From Ginglymostoma cirratum (Eukaryota), in contig JAHRHZ010000084.1 of NCBI GenBank assembly GCA_024137785.1, forward strand, positions 7,573,933 through 7,637,932: a DNA stretch of 64,000 nucleotides, written 5' to 3'. Under the pieces are notes generated by a model that searched no databases, was not told the origin of the DNA, and was given only the letters and a program-made list of their open reading frames with translations. Shown here in pieces: positions 1 through 12,831 of this stretch. Both the position numbers and the translations under genes were made by a program. The stretch's first letter is position 1, and each line of letters opens with the position of its first letter.

Positions 1-70
1 TAGGAATCCTGCTGTGGCTAACTCACTGACTTCTCAGGACAAGTCAGAAGTGTAATCAAATACTCTACTT

Positions 71-694
71 AAAAAAAAAAAAAAACCAAAAGAACTGCGG
101 CTGCTGTAAATCAGGAATAAAAACACAGTTGCTGGAAAAGCTCAGCATGTCTGGCAGCATCTGTGGAGGAGAAAGCAGAGAGTTAACGTTTCGGTCTGTG
201 ACCCTTCCTCAGAACTGATGGTGGCTGGGAAAACGTCAGTTTATATGCAGAAAATAGGGAGGTGGGTGGGCTTGGGAGTAAACAATAGGATAGAGCCCAA
301 AGAGAGAGAAGGATAGTTGGACAGACAAAGGCCATGTCCCAGCCCTCCGCCCTCCACCCCCACCCCACACACTAGGCCTTGTTACCACATAGCCTGCCAC
401 TACACACTCCCTGTTGTTAGTCACTAACAGTCCCCATTAACAACTACTCACTCTCCCAGCCTGATCGTTAGCAACTCCTTTGTCTGTCCAACTGTCTTTC
501 TCTCTCTTTGGGCTCTATTCTATCATTTACTCCCTACCCCACTCACCTCCCTATTTTCTGCATATAAACTGACGTTTTCCCAGCCACCATCAGTTTTGAG
601 GAAGGGTCCCCAGACCCAAAACATTAACTCTGTTCGCTCCTCCACAGATGCTGCCAGACCTGCTGAGCTTTTCCAGCAACTTTGTTTTTGTTCC
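71..694. mobile_element. Penelope-like terminal insertion with inverted arms (about 113-331 and 477-695) carrying an HHR motif
   Basis: The arms are diverged reverse complements. TSD taatcaaatactct(a/c)ctt at 53-70 and 695-712. Minus strand 185-212 reads CTGAGGA-agggtc-aca-gacc-GAAACGTT. Confidence 0.8.
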
Positions 695-695
695 T

Positions 696-1160
696 AATCA
701 AATACTCTCCTTGATAGGGTCGGTATAGCTCCAACAATACTCAAGCTTGACACCATCAAAGCCAGAGCAGCCCACTTGACTGGCACCACAGACATTCATT
801 TACTCCACTACCAATGCCCAGAAGTAGTAATGTGTATAATTTACAGGATGCACTGCAGAAATTCACCAATGCTGTTTAGACAGCACCTTCCAAATCCACG
901 GTCATTATCATCTGGAAGGAAAAGGGTAGTAGATATGTGGGAACACCGCCATCCTGTCGTGAAAATTCATCACCATTTCTTCTGTGTTGCTGGTTCAGAA
1001 TCCTGGAATGCCTTTCTGAATGGCATTGTGGGTATAACTACATCAAATGGACTGCAGTGGTTCAAGGCATCTGCTCATCACTGTTTTCTTGAGGATAACT
1101 AGGAGTGGACAATAAATGTTAGCCCAGTTGGTGCCACCCACATGCCATAAATGAAATTTG
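696..1160 (+). mobile_element. Decayed 3' part of a LINE (second, unassigned family), interrupted by the PLE hairpin
   Basis: Shares its RT C-terminal remnant and tail (ctagg...caataaatg...cccacat...atgaa) with copies at about 36150-37090, 47420-48080 and 54770-55090. Confidence 0.55.
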
Positions 1161-1259
1161 TCATGCAGAACTTCTCTGTATGTAATGATGTACTGCATTT
1201 CGGTAGAAAGAATGGGATTGCATTCTCCTTGCATATCATTAAAGAAATAATACACAAGT

Positions 1260-1860
1260 TAATAAGGGCATTTTTTTAAAAGGAAAGCAAAGCATTTGGG
1301 TTCATTTCTAGCAGGATAGATTGAAAACTTGAAGTTATGTTAGGCTTGCGTATAATCTTGGCAACACAATACTTGTACTACAGACAGTTTTAGTTTTAGT
1401 CTCTTAAGGGTAGTGAAGTACTGCAGAAAATGCAGGCAATATTTATTAAATAATGTAAGAACTGGGATTATACCTATCAGGAAAGATTTGAACAGGCTGG
1501 GGCATCATTCTAGAAAACAGAACTCTTGTAATGTGGTAGTTCTTTTTCAGATAATGAAAAGATTTGGTATATTAGATTTTGAGAAGGCATTTCTGCGCTT
1601 GGGCAAGATCGAACCTGGGCTGTTAAGTAAAAGATTAGAGGAAATAAATCCAATATGGAACACAAGCTATTTTTGTCCAGAATGTGGAACACTCTACCAC
1701 AAGGAGTAATTATGATGCGTCATAAAAATATGTCAGGAGAATCTAGATTAAGTATGTGATGGTGAAATCAGTAGAGGAATATTGATGGATTTAGATGAAG
1801 GGTGCAAGAAGGCTTTTGAGTGTAAATACTGGTATGGACATGCTGGGCTGTCATTTCTTA
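1260..1860 (+). mobile_element. Highly decayed CR1 LINE 3' fragment
   Basis: Degenerate similarity to the CR1 ORF2 C-terminus and tail of better-preserved copies in the window. Confidence 0.5.
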
Positions 1861-2369
1861 ACTTTTTGTGACTTGATTGCGTGCTTACATAATATTACAT
1901 CTTTGTTAGTCACTATGCCTAGTTTAATGTTACAATACCACTTTATTACACTTTTCACCTACATCAAACATAATGCCAGTTTCCTTTCTAATGAGTGGTA
2001 TACTTTGAGCTGATTTGATTAGTATAACTTTTATTTAGTTAGCGGCAGAATACCTTGCTGCAAATAATTGCTAATGGACTGAGTGGAATCCTTAATTATA
2101 AAGATACTTACTATTTAGCACCAGCTAATTTCCCCATTCTACAGAAACTTTAAATAATACTTAAGTACATACTTTCATTTTGTATGTCTTGCAATTTGAT
2201 TTTCTATCCGTATGATTGATTAAGAGCTATGATGTATTGGCTCATTAAATTATATTCTCTTCTAAACTTGTGATTATTTAAATCTCATTTAAAATGCTTC
2301 CCTGTTTAAAAGGCTAACAAATAAACAAAATCAATTACAGTAATAAATTGACCCATTTCTAGACTGCTT

Positions 2370-2495
2370 AAAAAAATTGAAAGAACTGCAGATGCTGTAA
2401 ATCGGGAACTAAAACAAAGTTGCTGGAGAAGTTCAACAGGTCTGGCAGCATTTGTGAAGGAAAGAACAGAGTTAACATTTTGGGTCCGGTGACTT
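2370..2495 (-). mobile_element. Solo PLE terminal arm (decayed HHR motif)
   Basis: aagaactgcagatgctgtaaatc...tctggcagcat...gagttaacattttgggtcc matches the left arm at 85-215. Confidence 0.7.
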
Positions 2496-2791
2496 AAGTT
2501 GTTCCTGTCAGTTTTGATTGACTTTTTCGTGTTCGATCCTTATTAAGAGAGAATCCATGTTCTACATGTAACGTGACAGCTGCTGTGCTTGTTGTACTAG
2601 GCTAATCCTTCACAATGCATTCAAGTGAATTCGAAGTTATCTGCAGCTTGTATGTTAATGACTTCTGCAGATTTGAGCTTTTCAACAAAATGTTTATTCA
2701 CTTATTTGCATTTTCTGTAAAATGTTTTACTATGAATTTGCTTAAATGCCAGCTTGCTTGACTCATGAGAGTGTCATCTTCACTTCTTCAG

Positions 2792-2979
2792 ACTGATAAT
2801 CCAGCCCTTGAATTCAGCCAAAGTGTTGGGGAGATATTTGGAACTGGCCCTGAGTTTCCACAAAATGATGCTCTGAATGAGGACTTTGAGGCACGGGGAA
2901 GTCGCTTCTCAAAGTCAGCAGATGAGAGACAACGAATGTTAACACAGCGCAAAGAGGAGCTTCTGTTTCAAGCCCGGAG
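2792..2979 (+). CDS. AMFR: AMFR/gp78 penultimate coding exon (G2BR, Ube2g2-binding region)
   Basis: cag|act acceptor and ag|gtatgg donor. Encodes ...EDFEARGSRFSKSADERQRMLTQRKEELLFQAR, which matches the AMFR G2BR helix. Confidence 0.93.
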
Positions 2980-3259
2980 GTATGGTATGCCTAAGGGGTC
3001 GGAGAAGTTTGTGTTTAATCCCTGGCTGATAAGAATATTCAGTGACTATGGGAATTCTTGAAGACTTGTACAGCATATTCAAGATTGTCAAGCAATTTTA
3101 GAAACTAACGAGAAAATGTTAATCTGTTCACTTGGATGTGTAGCTGTTTAATATTATTATTCCTCTTAAATTTAAATAAGAACTTGAACTTTATTACATC
3201 TCTTTTCTTAAAAAAGCCAAGATAACAAAACTGAACCCAAATAAATTTTTCACTAATTT

Positions 3260-3950
3260 GAGAACCAGCACGAATTGGTCATGTTCGACAAACAAGTTTG
3301 AATTTTTGAAGAAGTGACAAAAAGCATTGAAGTGTGGAATGTCTATGGAAGTTACCTCAATGGACTTCCAGAAGGTACTTAATTAAGTCCCTTGTAAGAC
3401 ACTTAGCTAAACTTGAAGCTAATGGAATTAGAGGCAGATAATTGACTGGTTAAGAAATTAATTGACAGGAGACAGCTTGAAAATGATGGGCAGTACTTGT
3501 AGTTATATCCTGCAGGGCTCTTCTCAGCGATTAACCGTATTTATTAATGATTTGTGTGATTGAGTGGATAGCCATATTCACCCTTGTTTACAATGCCACA
3601 TCTATCTTTATGTAATCTGCAATACTGTAAGTACAAAAGCATAAAATTTTGAAAATATATTAATAGGCTAAGTCAATGGGCAAAAACGTGACACGTGGAT
3701 TTTGACAGAGCTAAGTGTCACGTCGTCCACTTCAAACTTTAATAAAATTGAGCATACTTTAAAACTGATGTAAAAAGTAAAGTCCAAAGAAACGTATCCA
3801 TATCATGAAAATACCATGGACAGATAGTGGAAATTTTAAAAAAAAAAGCTCATGAAATGCCAGTCTTTTGATCTTAAGGACTAGAGTGCAAGTTATGCTA
3901 CAGTTGTACAAACTTGGGCCACATCTACAGTATTATGTTCACTTTGGGGC
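3260..3950 (+). mobile_element. Decayed CR1 RT fragment
   Basis: Remnants of the [13 protein letters not shown] and MDFQKAF RT motifs at about 3280-3380. Confidence 0.6.
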
Positions 3951-4177
3951 ACAATCAGTATCTTATTTATAAGGTGTGTTTAATATAATGGAATGTTCCA
4001 AGGTGCTTCACAGGAGCATCATAAAGCTTAAGCGTGGGACCAACCATGTAACAAGGTCAGACAACCAAAGCTTTGATCAAAGGGGGTGTAGGGGTTTAAT
4101 AAGTGTCTTAAGGGAGGAAAATAAGGTAGAAGAATGTAGGGGAAGGTGTTCAAGAGCTTGAAATAAAACAAATGGAG

Positions 4178-4318
4178 GAAAAACTGAAAGAACTGCATAT
4201 GCTGGAAATCGGAGGCAAAAACAGAAATTGCCAGAGAAACTAAGAAGGCCTGGCAGCATCCATGGAGAGAAATCAGAGTTATCGTTTTGTGTCCAGTTAC
4301 ACTTAAGCTCTTCAGAAT
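4178..4318 (-). mobile_element. Solo PLE terminal arm inserted in an L2-like remnant
   Basis: aagaactgcatatgctggaaatc...cctggcagcatccatggagagaaatcagagtt...tcttcaga. Confidence 0.65.
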
Positions 4319-4869
4319 TATAGTTTAGTGACTGTGGACCACTTTCGAGGTGATGATAAGCTTCGCTTGCTTTCACGTTGCCTTTGCAAGATAACCAAAT
4401 GTTGGTATGCAAATGAAAAGTAGAAGGAAGGCCAGATAGAGATCCTTGGGGGTAACAGTATAGGAGTGGGAAGAAATGACATTGGTATTGATTCTCTGGC
4501 AATGATAACACCTGTACAATGGCATTTAGGTGGGATCAGTCTGACTCCCAGCTGGATAACAGTGGAAATGTGATGTGGATAATTGTGTTAAAGGTTGCAG
4601 ACAGGTTGAGAATGAGGAGGATTGAAGTATCTTTGGAAGGATGTTCTTAATCCCTGAGGAATTGTCATATAGGTTTCCAGACTGAATCCCAGACTCTGAG
4701 GGTGAAGTTATGTGGAGAGATGACATTTTAAGGGGTTTTTAAGTAAATCAGTTCAGCTGGGAAATAGTTTGTTGTTTGGAGGATAGGACTATGAAACACA
4801 GCCTTCAAGATTGTTTCAGGAGTAAAGATAGGTGAACCTGCAGAGATTGAAACTCATCTGCAGGTTGTC

Positions 4870-5470
4870 AGAGGTACTATATGCAAAAAGACCCTTTCAC
4901 CCATCATGTCCTCATCAGTCATTAATCGTCTGTCTACCTTGGTCCCATTTTCCAGCACTTGGCCCGTAGTCTTGTATGCTGTAGTGTTTCATGTGTTCAT
5001 CTAAATAGTTTGTAAATAGCTTGAGGCTTCCAGCCTCTACCACATTTTTAGGCAGAGAGTTCCAGATGTTCACCACCATGTGGGTAAAAGGGCTATTCTC
5101 GGACCCTCTTGCTCTTCGTATTAAACTGTGTCCCCTGGTTTTTAACCTCTCTTCTAAGGGGTAAAGTTTCTCCCTGTACCTGAGTTATGCCCCTTATAAC
5201 TTACTATCTCAATCAGATCTCCCCTCAACCTTCTTAGTGCTATGGAAAACAATGCCAACCTATCCAGTATCGCTTCATAGTTGAAACATTCTAGCCTAAG
5301 TAACATCATAGTGAATCTTTCCTCACTGTTGTAGTGTAATCACATTCTTCCTATAGTGAGTTGACCAGAAATGCGCATAGTATTTCGACTATGGCCTAAC
5401 TAATGTTGTGTACAGCTCCATCAACCCTCTTGCTCTTGTATTCAATGCCTTGATTAGTAAAGGCAAGTAT
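4870..5470 (-). mobile_element. Old CR1 3' fragment (outer layer of the nested cluster; continues at about 11003-11400)
   Basis: Reverse-complement CR1 tail. The sequence ...aaggcaagtatc resumes as cccatatgctgtcttaacc at about 11004. Confidence 0.7.
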
Positions 5471-8400
5471 CAATAAAGCAGACAATTTCTGCATTACTTC
5501 CAGTGCCACGTGCTAGTGAGAATAAGAGTAGAAAAATAGGGCAGGTGAATGCATGGCTGAGGAACTGGGGCAAAGATTCAGATTTTTGGATCGTTGGGAT
5601 CTCTTCTTAGGCAGAGGTGACCTGTTGAAGAGGTACAGGTTGCACCCGAACTGGAGATTTACTCGAGCTACTTGGGAGGGTTTGAACTAGCCTGGAAGGG
5701 GGATGTGACCCTGAACAGTCATGAGACAAAAGAAAAGGTTGAGGCTAATGCAGAAGTTTAAAAGAGCAAGTTAAATAGACAAGTCAGGAAAGAGCACAGA
5801 AAAGAACGAGAGAACCCTGAAGAATTAAACTGCATTTATTTCAATGCAAGAGGTCTGATAAGCAAGGCAGATGAACTCAAGGCATGAATGGGTACATGGC
5901 AGTGGGATATGATAGCTATTGCAAAAACATGGCTGAGGGAGGGACAGTACTGGCAGCTCAATGTTCCAGAGCACAGAAGTTACAGGAAGGATAGAAGTTG
6001 ACACAAGAGAAGAGGGAGTGGCGTTTTTGATTTAGGAAAATATCACGGCAGTGCTCAGAGAGGATATTCATGAGGGATCATCCAGTGATCCTATATGGAT
6101 GGAACTGAGAAATAAGGGAGTGATCACTTTGATGGGATTGTACTATAGGCCCTCCATTACTCTTCAGGAAATTGAGGAGCAAATATGTAAGAAGATTGTA
6201 GATAACTATATGAAAAATAGGATTGTAATAGAAGGGGATTTTAACTTGCTAAGCATAGACTGGGACTGCCATAGTATTAAGGTCTTAGATGGGGAGGAAA
6301 TTGTGTGTTCGGGAAAAATTTCTCAGTTAATATGTATGTGGCACTATTAGAGAAGGGCCAAAACTTGACCTGCTCCTGGGAATTAAGGCAGGGCAAGTGA
6401 CAGAGGTGTTAGTGGGGGAGCATTTTGGGACCTGGGACCAGCGACCATAATTCTGTTTGTTTTTAAATATTTATGGAAAAGGATAGGCCTGGTCCACCAG
6501 TTAAAGCTGTAAATTTGAGCAAAGTGAATTTTGATAAGACTAGGCAGGAACTTTCAAAAGTTGATTGGGGGGGTGCTGCTCAGAGGTAAAGGGACGTCCG
6601 TCAAACGGGCGGCTTTGAAAGGCAAGATAATGAGAGTTCAGAGCCAGCATTATTCCCGTTAGTGTGAAGGGCAAGGATACCAGGAGTAGGGAATGCTAGG
6701 TGATTAGAAATAGTGAGGCTCTGGTCAAGAAAAAGAAAAATGCATACGTATGGCCAGCTGGGATGAAGAGAATCCCTTCAGGACTATAGGACGTTTTGGA
6801 GTACACTTAAGATGGAAATCAGGAGGGCAAAAAGGAGACATGAGATAGCTTTGGCAGATCAGTTACGGAGAATCCAGAGATACTAAAAGTATATTAAGGG
6901 AAAAAGAGTAACGAGGGAGAGAATAGGGCCCTTTGAAGATCAACGAGACCATCGATATGCAGAACCACAGGAGATGGATGAGATCTTAAACAAATATTTC
7001 CCATCAGTATTTACAATGAAGAAATTCATTGGAACCGAGGGAATTTGGCAGAAGTAAATCGTGACGTCTTGAAAAGAGTTCATGTTATAGCAGAGGAGCT
7101 GCTGGAGGTCTTAAAACACAAAGATAGGTAAATCCCTGGGACATGATCAAGACATTGTGAGAAACTAGGGAAGATATAGCAGGATCCCTAGTGAAGATGT
7201 TTACATCATTCACCGCCACAGGTTAGAACATAGGACATAGAACAATACAGCGCAGAACAGACCCTTCGGCCCTCGATGTTGCGCCGACCTGTGAACTAAT
7301 CTAAGCCCATCCCACTACACTATCCCATCATCATCCATATGCTTATCCAAGGACTGTTTAAATGCCCCTAATGTGGCTGAGTTAACTACATTGGCAGGCA
7401 GGGCATTCCATGCCCTTACCACTCTCTGAGTAAAGAACCTGCCTCTGACATCTGTCTTAAATCTATCACCCCTCAACTTGCAGCTATGCCCCCTCGTACT
7501 AGCCAACGTCATCATCCTAGGAAAAAAATTCTCACTGTCCACCCTATCTAATCCTCTGATCATCTTGTATGTCTCTATTCAATCCCCTCTTAGCCTTCTT
7601 CTCTCCAATGAGAACAGACCCAAGTCCCTCAGCCTTTCCTCATAAGACCTTCGCTCCAGACCAGGCAACATCCTGGTAAATCTCCTCTGCACCTTTTCCA
7701 ATGCTTCCACATCCTTCCTGTAATGGGGCGACCAGAACTGTACGCAATATTCCAAGTGAGGCCGCACTAGCGTTTTGTACAGTTGCAGATGACATCATGG
7801 CTCCGGAACTCAATCCCTCTACCAATGAAACTTAACACACCGTATGCCTTCTTAACAGCACTATCAACCTGGGTGGCAACTTTCAGGGATCTATGTACCT
7901 GGGCACCAAGATCCCTCTGCACATCCACACTACCAAGAATCTTTCCATTGACCCAGTATTCTGCCTTCCTATTATTCTTCCCAAAGTGAATCACCTCACA
8001 TTTATCTGCATTGAACTCCATTTGCCACCTTTCAGCCCAATTCTGCAGTTTATCCAAGTCTCCCTGCAACCTTCAACATTCTTCCACACTGTCCACCACT
8101 CCACCGACATTTTAGTGTCATCTGCAAACTTACTAACCCATCCACTTATGCCTGTGTCCACATCATTTATAAAAATGACAAACAGCAGTGGTCGCAAAAC
8201 AGATCCTTGTGGCACACCACTAGTAACCGGACTCCAGGCTGAATATTTTCCATCAACCACCACTCGTTGCCTTCTTTCAGAGAGCCAGTTTCTAATCCAA
8301 ACTGCTAAATCTCCCTCAATCCCATGCCTCCGCATTTTCTCCAATAGCCTACCATGTGGAACCTTATCAAAGGCTTTACTGAAGTCCATGTACACCACGT

Positions 8401-11002
8401 CAACTGCCCTACCCTCATCCACGTGCTTGGTCACCTTCTCAAAAAAACTCAATGAGGTTTGTGAGACACGACCTGCCCTTGACGAATCCATGTTGACTAT
8501 CTCCAATCAAATTGTTGCTTGCTGGATGATTATAAATCCTATCTCTTATAATCCTTTCCAAAACTTTTCCTACAACAGATGTAAGGCTCACTGGTCTATA
8601 ATTACCTGGGTCATCCCAACTGCCCTTCTTGAACAAGGGCACAACATTTGCTATCCTCCAGTCCTCTGGTACTAAACCTGTAGACAATGACGACTCAAAG
8701 ATCAAGGCCAAAGGCTCCACCATTTCCTCCCTAGCTTCCCAGAGAATCCTCGGAAAAATCCCATCCGGCCCAGGGGATTTATCTACCTTCACACCTTCTA
8801 GAATTGATAACACCTCCTCCTTACTAACCTCAATCCTTTCAAGTCTAATAGCCCGTAGCTCAATCTTCTCCTCTACAATATTCTCCTTTTCCTGAGTGAA
8901 AACAGATGAGAAATATTCGTTTAGCACCTCTCTGATCTCCACAGGGTCCACACACAACTTCCCACTTATGTCTTTGACTGGCCCTATTCTTACCCTAGTC
9001 ATCCTTTTATTCCTCACACATACCTATAGAAAGCTTTAGGGTTCTCCTTTATTCTCCCTGCTAATGACTGCTCGTGTCCCCTCCTTGCTCTTCTTCACTC
9101 TCTGTTTAAATCCTTCCTAGCTAATCTGTAACTCTCCATCGCCTCATCTGAACCATCTCGTCTCAATGTCACATAAGCCTCCCTCTTCCGTTTAACAAGA
9201 GATACAATTTCTTTTGTAAGCCACCGTTCCCTTACCTTATCACTTCCTCCCTGCCTGACGGGGACATACCTATCAAGGACACGCAATATCTGTTCCTTAA
9301 ACCAGCTCCACATTTCGACTGTCCCCATCCCCTGCATTTTGCTTCCCCATTCTATCCCTCCTAAGTCTTGCCTAATAGCATTATAATTTCCCTTCCCCAT
9401 CTATAACTCTTGCCCAGTGGCATGTTCCTATCCCTTTCCATCGCTAAACTAAATGTAACCAAATTATGGTCACTCTCTCCAGAGTGCTCACCTACCACCA
9501 AATCAAACACCTGGCCTGGTTCATTACCAAGTACCAGATCCAGTGTGGCCTCCCCTCTTGTTGGCCCTTCGACATACTGTGTCAGGAAATCCTCCTGCAC
9601 ACATTGGACAAAAACTGATCCATCCGACGTACTAGAGTTATAGCATTTCCAGTTAGGTGCCAGAAAACTGGAGGGTGGCTAATGTTGTGCCGTCCTTTTA
9701 AGAAAGACTGCAAGGAAAAGCCAGGGAACTACAGGCAGGTGAGCCTAACGTCTGGTGGGTGAGTTGTTGGAGGGGATTTATCTATATGCATTTAGAAAGA
9801 TGAGGACCGATTAGGGATCGTCAGCATGGCTTGTGTCTCACAATTTGATTGCTTTTTTTTTTGCAGAGGTGACCAAAAGATAGATGAGGGTATGTTGTCT
9901 TTTGTCTACATGGACTTTTGCAAGGCCTTCAAGGTACCGCATGGTCAACTGGTTTGTAGGGTTACATCACATGGGATCTAGGAAAATCTAGCTAATTGGC
10001 TGCATCGTAGGAGATTGAAGGTCGTGATAGAGAATTGTTTTTTGGTCAGGTCTGTGACCAGCAGTGTGCCGTAAGCATCGGTGCTGAGTCTGCTGTTTGT
10101 CATTTTTATATAAAACTATTTGGATGAGAATGTACAAGGCATGGTTTGTAAGTTTGCAGATAACACTAAAAGTGGTGGTTTTGTGGACAGTGCAGAAGGT
10201 TATCTAAGAGTGCAATAGGATCAACTAGGCCAGTGGACTGAGGAATGGCAGATGAAGTTTAATTGAGTAAAATGCGAGGTGTTGCATCTTGGTAAGACAA
10301 ACCAGGACAGGACTTATACAGTTAATGTTAGGGCCTTGGGGATTATTGTCAAACAGGGACTTCGGGGTGCAGGTACATCATTCTTTGAAAGTAGCATCAC
10401 AGGTATACAAGATGGTGAAGAAGACATTTGGTATGCTTGCCTTCGTTGACCAAAGCTTTGAGTACAGGAGTTGAGACGTTGTACAAGATGTTGATAAGGC
10501 CACATTTGGAGCACTACATACAATTCTGATTGCCCTGCTATTAGAAGGACGTTATTAAACTGGAAAATGCGCAAAAAAGATTTGCAAGGCTGTTAGTGGA
10601 AGGTTTGAGTTATCGGGAGAGGCTGGATAGGCTGGGACTTTTTTCCTCTTAAAGCATAGGAGGCCAGACTGTGACCTTATAGCGTTTATAAAGGAGGCAT
10701 AGTTAAGAGGAATAGCCAAGGACTTTTTCTCCGGGTATGGGAGTCCAAAACTTGACAACAGAGGTTTAAAAGGAGAGGAGAAAGATTTGAAAAGGACCCA
10801 GGGACAGCTTTTTTACACACAGGATGGTGCATATATGGACCGAGCTAGTAGAGGCAGGTACAATTATAACATTGTTAAAGACATTTGGACCGGTACGTAG
10901 ATAGGAAAGGTTTAGAGGGATATGGGACTAGTTCACTTTAGGAAATCCGGTGGGCTTGAATAGTTTGGGCCGAAGGGCCTATTACCATGCTATATAATTC
11001 TG
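5471..11002 (+). mobile_element. Decayed long CR1 LINE (ORF1 esterase end, endonuclease, RT, tail), split by a younger CR1
   Basis: SGNH-esterase-like ORF1 remnant at about 5480-5700. Endonuclease start CIYFNARGL at about 5830 and ORF 6051-6350 (GLYYRP...GDFN). RT remnants at 9657-10500 and CR1 tail to about 11000. Confidence 0.85.
7227..9651 (-). mobile_element. Young 5'-truncated CR1 LINE (ORF2 with frameshifts)
   Basis: Overlapping minus-strand ORFs 9600 to 7315 give [41 protein letters not shown] and [13 protein letters not shown]. Microsatellite-like tail at 7225-7245. gttag is duplicated at 7222-7226 and 9652-9656. Confidence 0.93.
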
Positions 11003-12421
11003 TCCCATATGCTGTCTTAACCCACCTTATCCTTCAAGGATTTATGGATCACGTTAAGGTCCCTCTGTACTTCCTTAGGTCCTGACATTTGACACGTACT
11101 CCTTTGCCTTGTTAGTCCCCCATCCGAAATATAGCATGGCCATGTTGAATTCAGTTTCACAAATTGCCCTTAATCCGATAGACTGGTTAAGAGGCTAAGA
11201 GCCCGTCATGTGAGACGTTGTGAAAAGTCTGACTGAAGTCCATGTAAACTACAACTCATCTGCACACCCAGTCACCTCTTCAAAATCTTCTATGAAATTT
11301 GTTAGATATGATCTCCCCTGACACAAGAATGCTGACTATCCTTGCTTAAACCATGACTGTCCAAGTCACAATTACTTCTGTCCATCAGAATTTTTTTTCT
11401 AATAGTTACAGTACTGTGCCAGTTGATGCTGGGTCCAATGTTAAAGTTAAGTCTGAGATAAATGAATTTTTGCTCACCCAAAAGAGTTGAGATGAAGATG
11501 AAGGTGGCAGTGTATCCTTGAGTCGTAGATTAGCACATTGAATGGTGGAACAAGTTTGAGGGGCCAGACGATCACCACTTGTCCCTGTGTCATTCAAGGT
11601 TGTTTCATAGGCATTATTTAAAAATACAACACAGAGCCCCATTAAATTCATGCAGAATTACCGCTGATAGTAGTAAGTGAAGAAATGGCTGGAAGAGGAA
11701 CCAATTTTTAGTCTCAAAAATAAGCCTTGCTAAATTCTTGTAATGATCTGGTCAAATACTGAATAAGGAAATCTGCAAAAAGGGACCTAATCCTACAAAT
11801 AGACATACCACAAATGAACAGTTTTGCTTTTTAAAAGCATTGCACTTTAATCTTTATGCTCAGCCGCTCTGAAACCCATGCACTATATTTTAAGACAGTC
11901 TGTATTCTGTCTTCTGTAAAAAGCAAATTTATTGCCTGTTTCATATTCAACATCTTATTGCTTTTGTAATCAAGAATGACATGAGGTACACAGATTATTC
12001 ATTGAAAGTGCCGAAAAGACTTTGTTCCCCGTTTGCTGGTGAAGTTAAGTCCAACAGGCTGAGGTTCTGGGCTGTTGAGGAAAAACCTGTTCTTCACGTA
12101 GTCCCTACAACATTTATAGATAACACATTAAAGATGAATAACCAAAAATAATTGATCAAGTTTTACTTATTAGCATAGTAAATTGTCTCAAGGCTTCACT
12201 GTGATAGCAAAACAAAGTTGACAGCATATTGTAAAGGAGATATCAGGGCTGATGACTGAAAAATTATAGGTTTTACTGTCTTAAATAGCTTAGTATGGAC
12301 TCAAATGAGACATTGCATAACATTAGTGATAAAGTTATTGAATAATTACCTCAAAGTCAGGAAGAGAGAACTTCAATTTATATAACACCTTAATCGAGTT
12401 CAGGGCTTCCCAAGCTGATTT

Positions 12422-12831
12422 AAATCTTTTGAGAAGATTTGTAGCTCAGGTTGTGATTGAGGTTGTAGAATTGCTCGCTGAGCTGGTGTGTTTGATTGCA
12501 GATGTGTAATCACCCTGCTAGGTAACATCGTCAGTGCACCTCCAGTGAAGCGATGGTGCTCTGTTCAGCTCGTTATTTATATGCCTCAGTTTGCTGGGGT
12601 GGCTGGCATTACTTCCGGTTCTGTTTATTGAACTGGACCCGACGTACAAAACCACTGAAAAACAGAACCGGAAGTAATGCCAACCACCCCAGCAAACTGA
12701 GGCATATAAATAACGAGCTGAACAGAGCACCATCGCTTCACTGGAGGTGCACTGACGATGTTACCTAGCAGGGTGATTACACATCTGCAATCAAACACAC
12801 CAGCTCAGCGAGCAATTCTACAACCTCAACC
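12422..12831. mobile_element. PLE insertion of a different family forming a 170-bp near-perfect palindrome
   Basis: Arms 12457-12626 and 12660-12829 have 1 mismatch and a 33-nt spacer. Degenerate HHR ctgacga-tgttacc-tagcag-ggtga. Candidate TSD tcccaa(g/a)ctg(a/t)ttt at 12408-12421 and 12832-12845. Confidence 0.8.

Noticed and set aside
7893-8675. 260-aa + strand ORF
   Set aside because: Antisense shadow of the minus-strand CR1 reverse transcriptase; no independent protein signal.
12518-12768. Two nearly identical 71-aa ORFs on opposite strands
   Set aside because: A direct consequence of the DNA palindrome, not genes.
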